Origin: Diplonema japonicum
Lineage: Eukaryota > Protista > Euglenozoa: Diplonemea
NCBI GenBank assembly: GCA_964019335.1
Contig: OZ025655.1
Coordinates: forward strand, 620,001-684,000
Length of the DNA stretch: 64,000 nt
Reading direction: 5' to 3'
In this document: in pieces, positions 62,955 to 64,000 of the stretch
Numbering within the stretch: position 1 is the stretch's first letter
How the letters are laid out: every line of letters begins with the position of its first letter
Made by a program: the position numbers and the translations under genes
The notes under the pieces: generated by a model
The model's database searches: none
The model's input: only the letters and a program-made list of their open reading frames with translations
Told to the model about the DNA's origin: nothing

Positions 62955-64000
62955 TCAAATACTCCTCTTGCCATATGGGGTTGAGTCAGAGGATGCTTGG
63001 GTATGCGACCTTGCACTGCCCTCCTCCTTCTCCGTGTCGAGACCGTAGGGTGTGTCATGGAGGTCTTTGTCGGGGTTATCGTTAGCATTGTCGGAGATGA
63101 CGACATGCCGGTTTTTCCGTGCAGAGCTCTCGCCGCCAGTTCTGCCGGTGAGGCACCCGCTTCGGGCGCTGTCTCCACCAAAAGGGACCATGTTTACAGC
63201 GTATGCAGGGTGCGGCTTGGCAAAAGACGGGGCTTTTGTGTTATAGGACAAGAGATCGTCTAGCCTGCCAGTGTTGCTCTCTTCCATTGGGTCGCCGCCG
63301 TGCATGTTATCCCATGCTGCATGGAAGGCATCGTTGTAGACAAAGCTCTGGTCGCCGTGCGGGTCGCCGTAAGGGTCTGCAGTCTCACACTCCATCATCG
63401 AGGCATCAAGCACCACACCATCCAGCCTCTGCACATCGTCTACTTTCCCCAGTGATAGTGGGTCATGTGCCTCATCCCCCAACGACTCGTCCCTGACACG
63501 TAGGTACCATTTCAACCACGTGACCAACGACAGGCGGTTGCACCCGCAGCACCCCAACAGCTTGACTAGACACTTCATGATAGTTCTGCTGCAGAATACC
63601 AACCCTATCATGCACATCGCTATCAGAATTCCGCACATTAAAGCCACAGCCAACGTCCATACAGGCACCCCGTCATTGCTTTCTTGAATGATAAGAGACT
63701 GCTCCGATAAGTTGAGCGGTATGCTGGCGTACACGACTGTGGCATTCGTGATGAGGTTGGCGGTAGGGTACGACTTTAGAAACCACGCATGACCCTCGGC
63801 GGCGTACAACTGCGCGTCGATGCTGTGTGGGGAAAAAAAATGTGCTGCGAAAAGGTGCGTACCTCCCAGGGTCCGTGATGTGCCGCAGGACGTCGAGGCC
63901 TTCGACGACCTCTCCGAAGGGGGCCAGACCCAGCTGGTCGAATGTCCCCGCGTTTTCTTGTAGGCTGATGACAATGTGTGTGGTGCGTGAGTCTGGCTGG
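62955..64000 (-). CDS. Membrane-anchored cyclophilin-like protein (5' part outside the window; intron 63823-63862)
   Basis: Manual translation PDSRTTHIVISLQENAGTFDQLGLAPFGEVVEGLDVL..|..IDAQLYAAEGHAWFLKSYP gives a cyclophilin C-terminal pattern, followed by TM VWTLAVALMCGILIAMCMIGLVFC. Confidence 0.7.
   Translation of the reverse strand, partial: SQTHAPHTLSSAYKKTRGHSTSWVWPPSERSSKASTSCGTSRTLGGTHLFAAHFFSPHSIDAQLYAAEGHAWFLKSYPTANLITNATVVYASIPLNLSEQSLIIQESNDGVPVWTLAVALMCGILIAMCMIGLVFCSRTIMKCLVKLLGCCGCNRLSLVTWLKWYLRVRDESLGDEAHDPLSLGKVDDVQRLDGVVLDASMMECETADPYGDPHGDQSFVYNDAFHAAWDNMHGGDPMEESNTGRLDDLLSYNTKAPSFAKPHPAYAVNMVPFGGDSARSGCLTGRTGGESSARKNRHVVISDNANDNPDKDLHDTPYGLDTEKEEGSARSHTQASSDSTPYGKRSI

Noticed and set aside
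339-63496. All plus-strand ORFs in the track (e.g. 13519-14343, 15782-16705, 21165-22004, 26700-27686, 36956-37774, 62138-62842)
   Set aside because: They are antisense shadows of minus-strand genes with biased codon usage, and none shows a recognisable domain.

Overview
This is eukaryotic nuclear DNA, most consistent with a euglenozoan and specifically a diplonemid-like protist (inference). I reconstructed 31 protein-coding genes, all on the minus strand and some only 55-110 nt apart, which points to one polycistronic, trans-spliced gene array. The genes are interrupted by 17 GT-AG cis-introns: 16 are tiny (34-76 nt, consensus GTATG...ACAG) and one is 347 nt with ends joined by an inverted repeat. 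Spacers are homopolymer-rich, and many ATGs are directly preceded by poly(A) runs. The best find is an intron-containing, very GC-rich gene for the bacterial-type desulfonating enzyme sulfoacetaldehyde acetyltransferase (Xsc) with a mitochondrial-type presequence. It lies near a sulfatase, an SDR and an orphan mitochondrial beta-barrel candidate. Other notable loci are a 2981-aa membrane receptor/adhesin with 23 bacterial-type repeats and a cytosolic WW-like module, a SAM-EF-hand-CorA fusion missed by the ORF track, a ~2400-aa intracellular FN3 array, a LYR-like/lipase fusion, ZNFX1-like, TRIM-like and BRCC36 genes, and a decayed piggyBac inserted 16 nt upstream of a start codon. I recognised no tRNA, rRNA or CRISPR array. 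All family calls come from motif recognition by eye and no database search was run.
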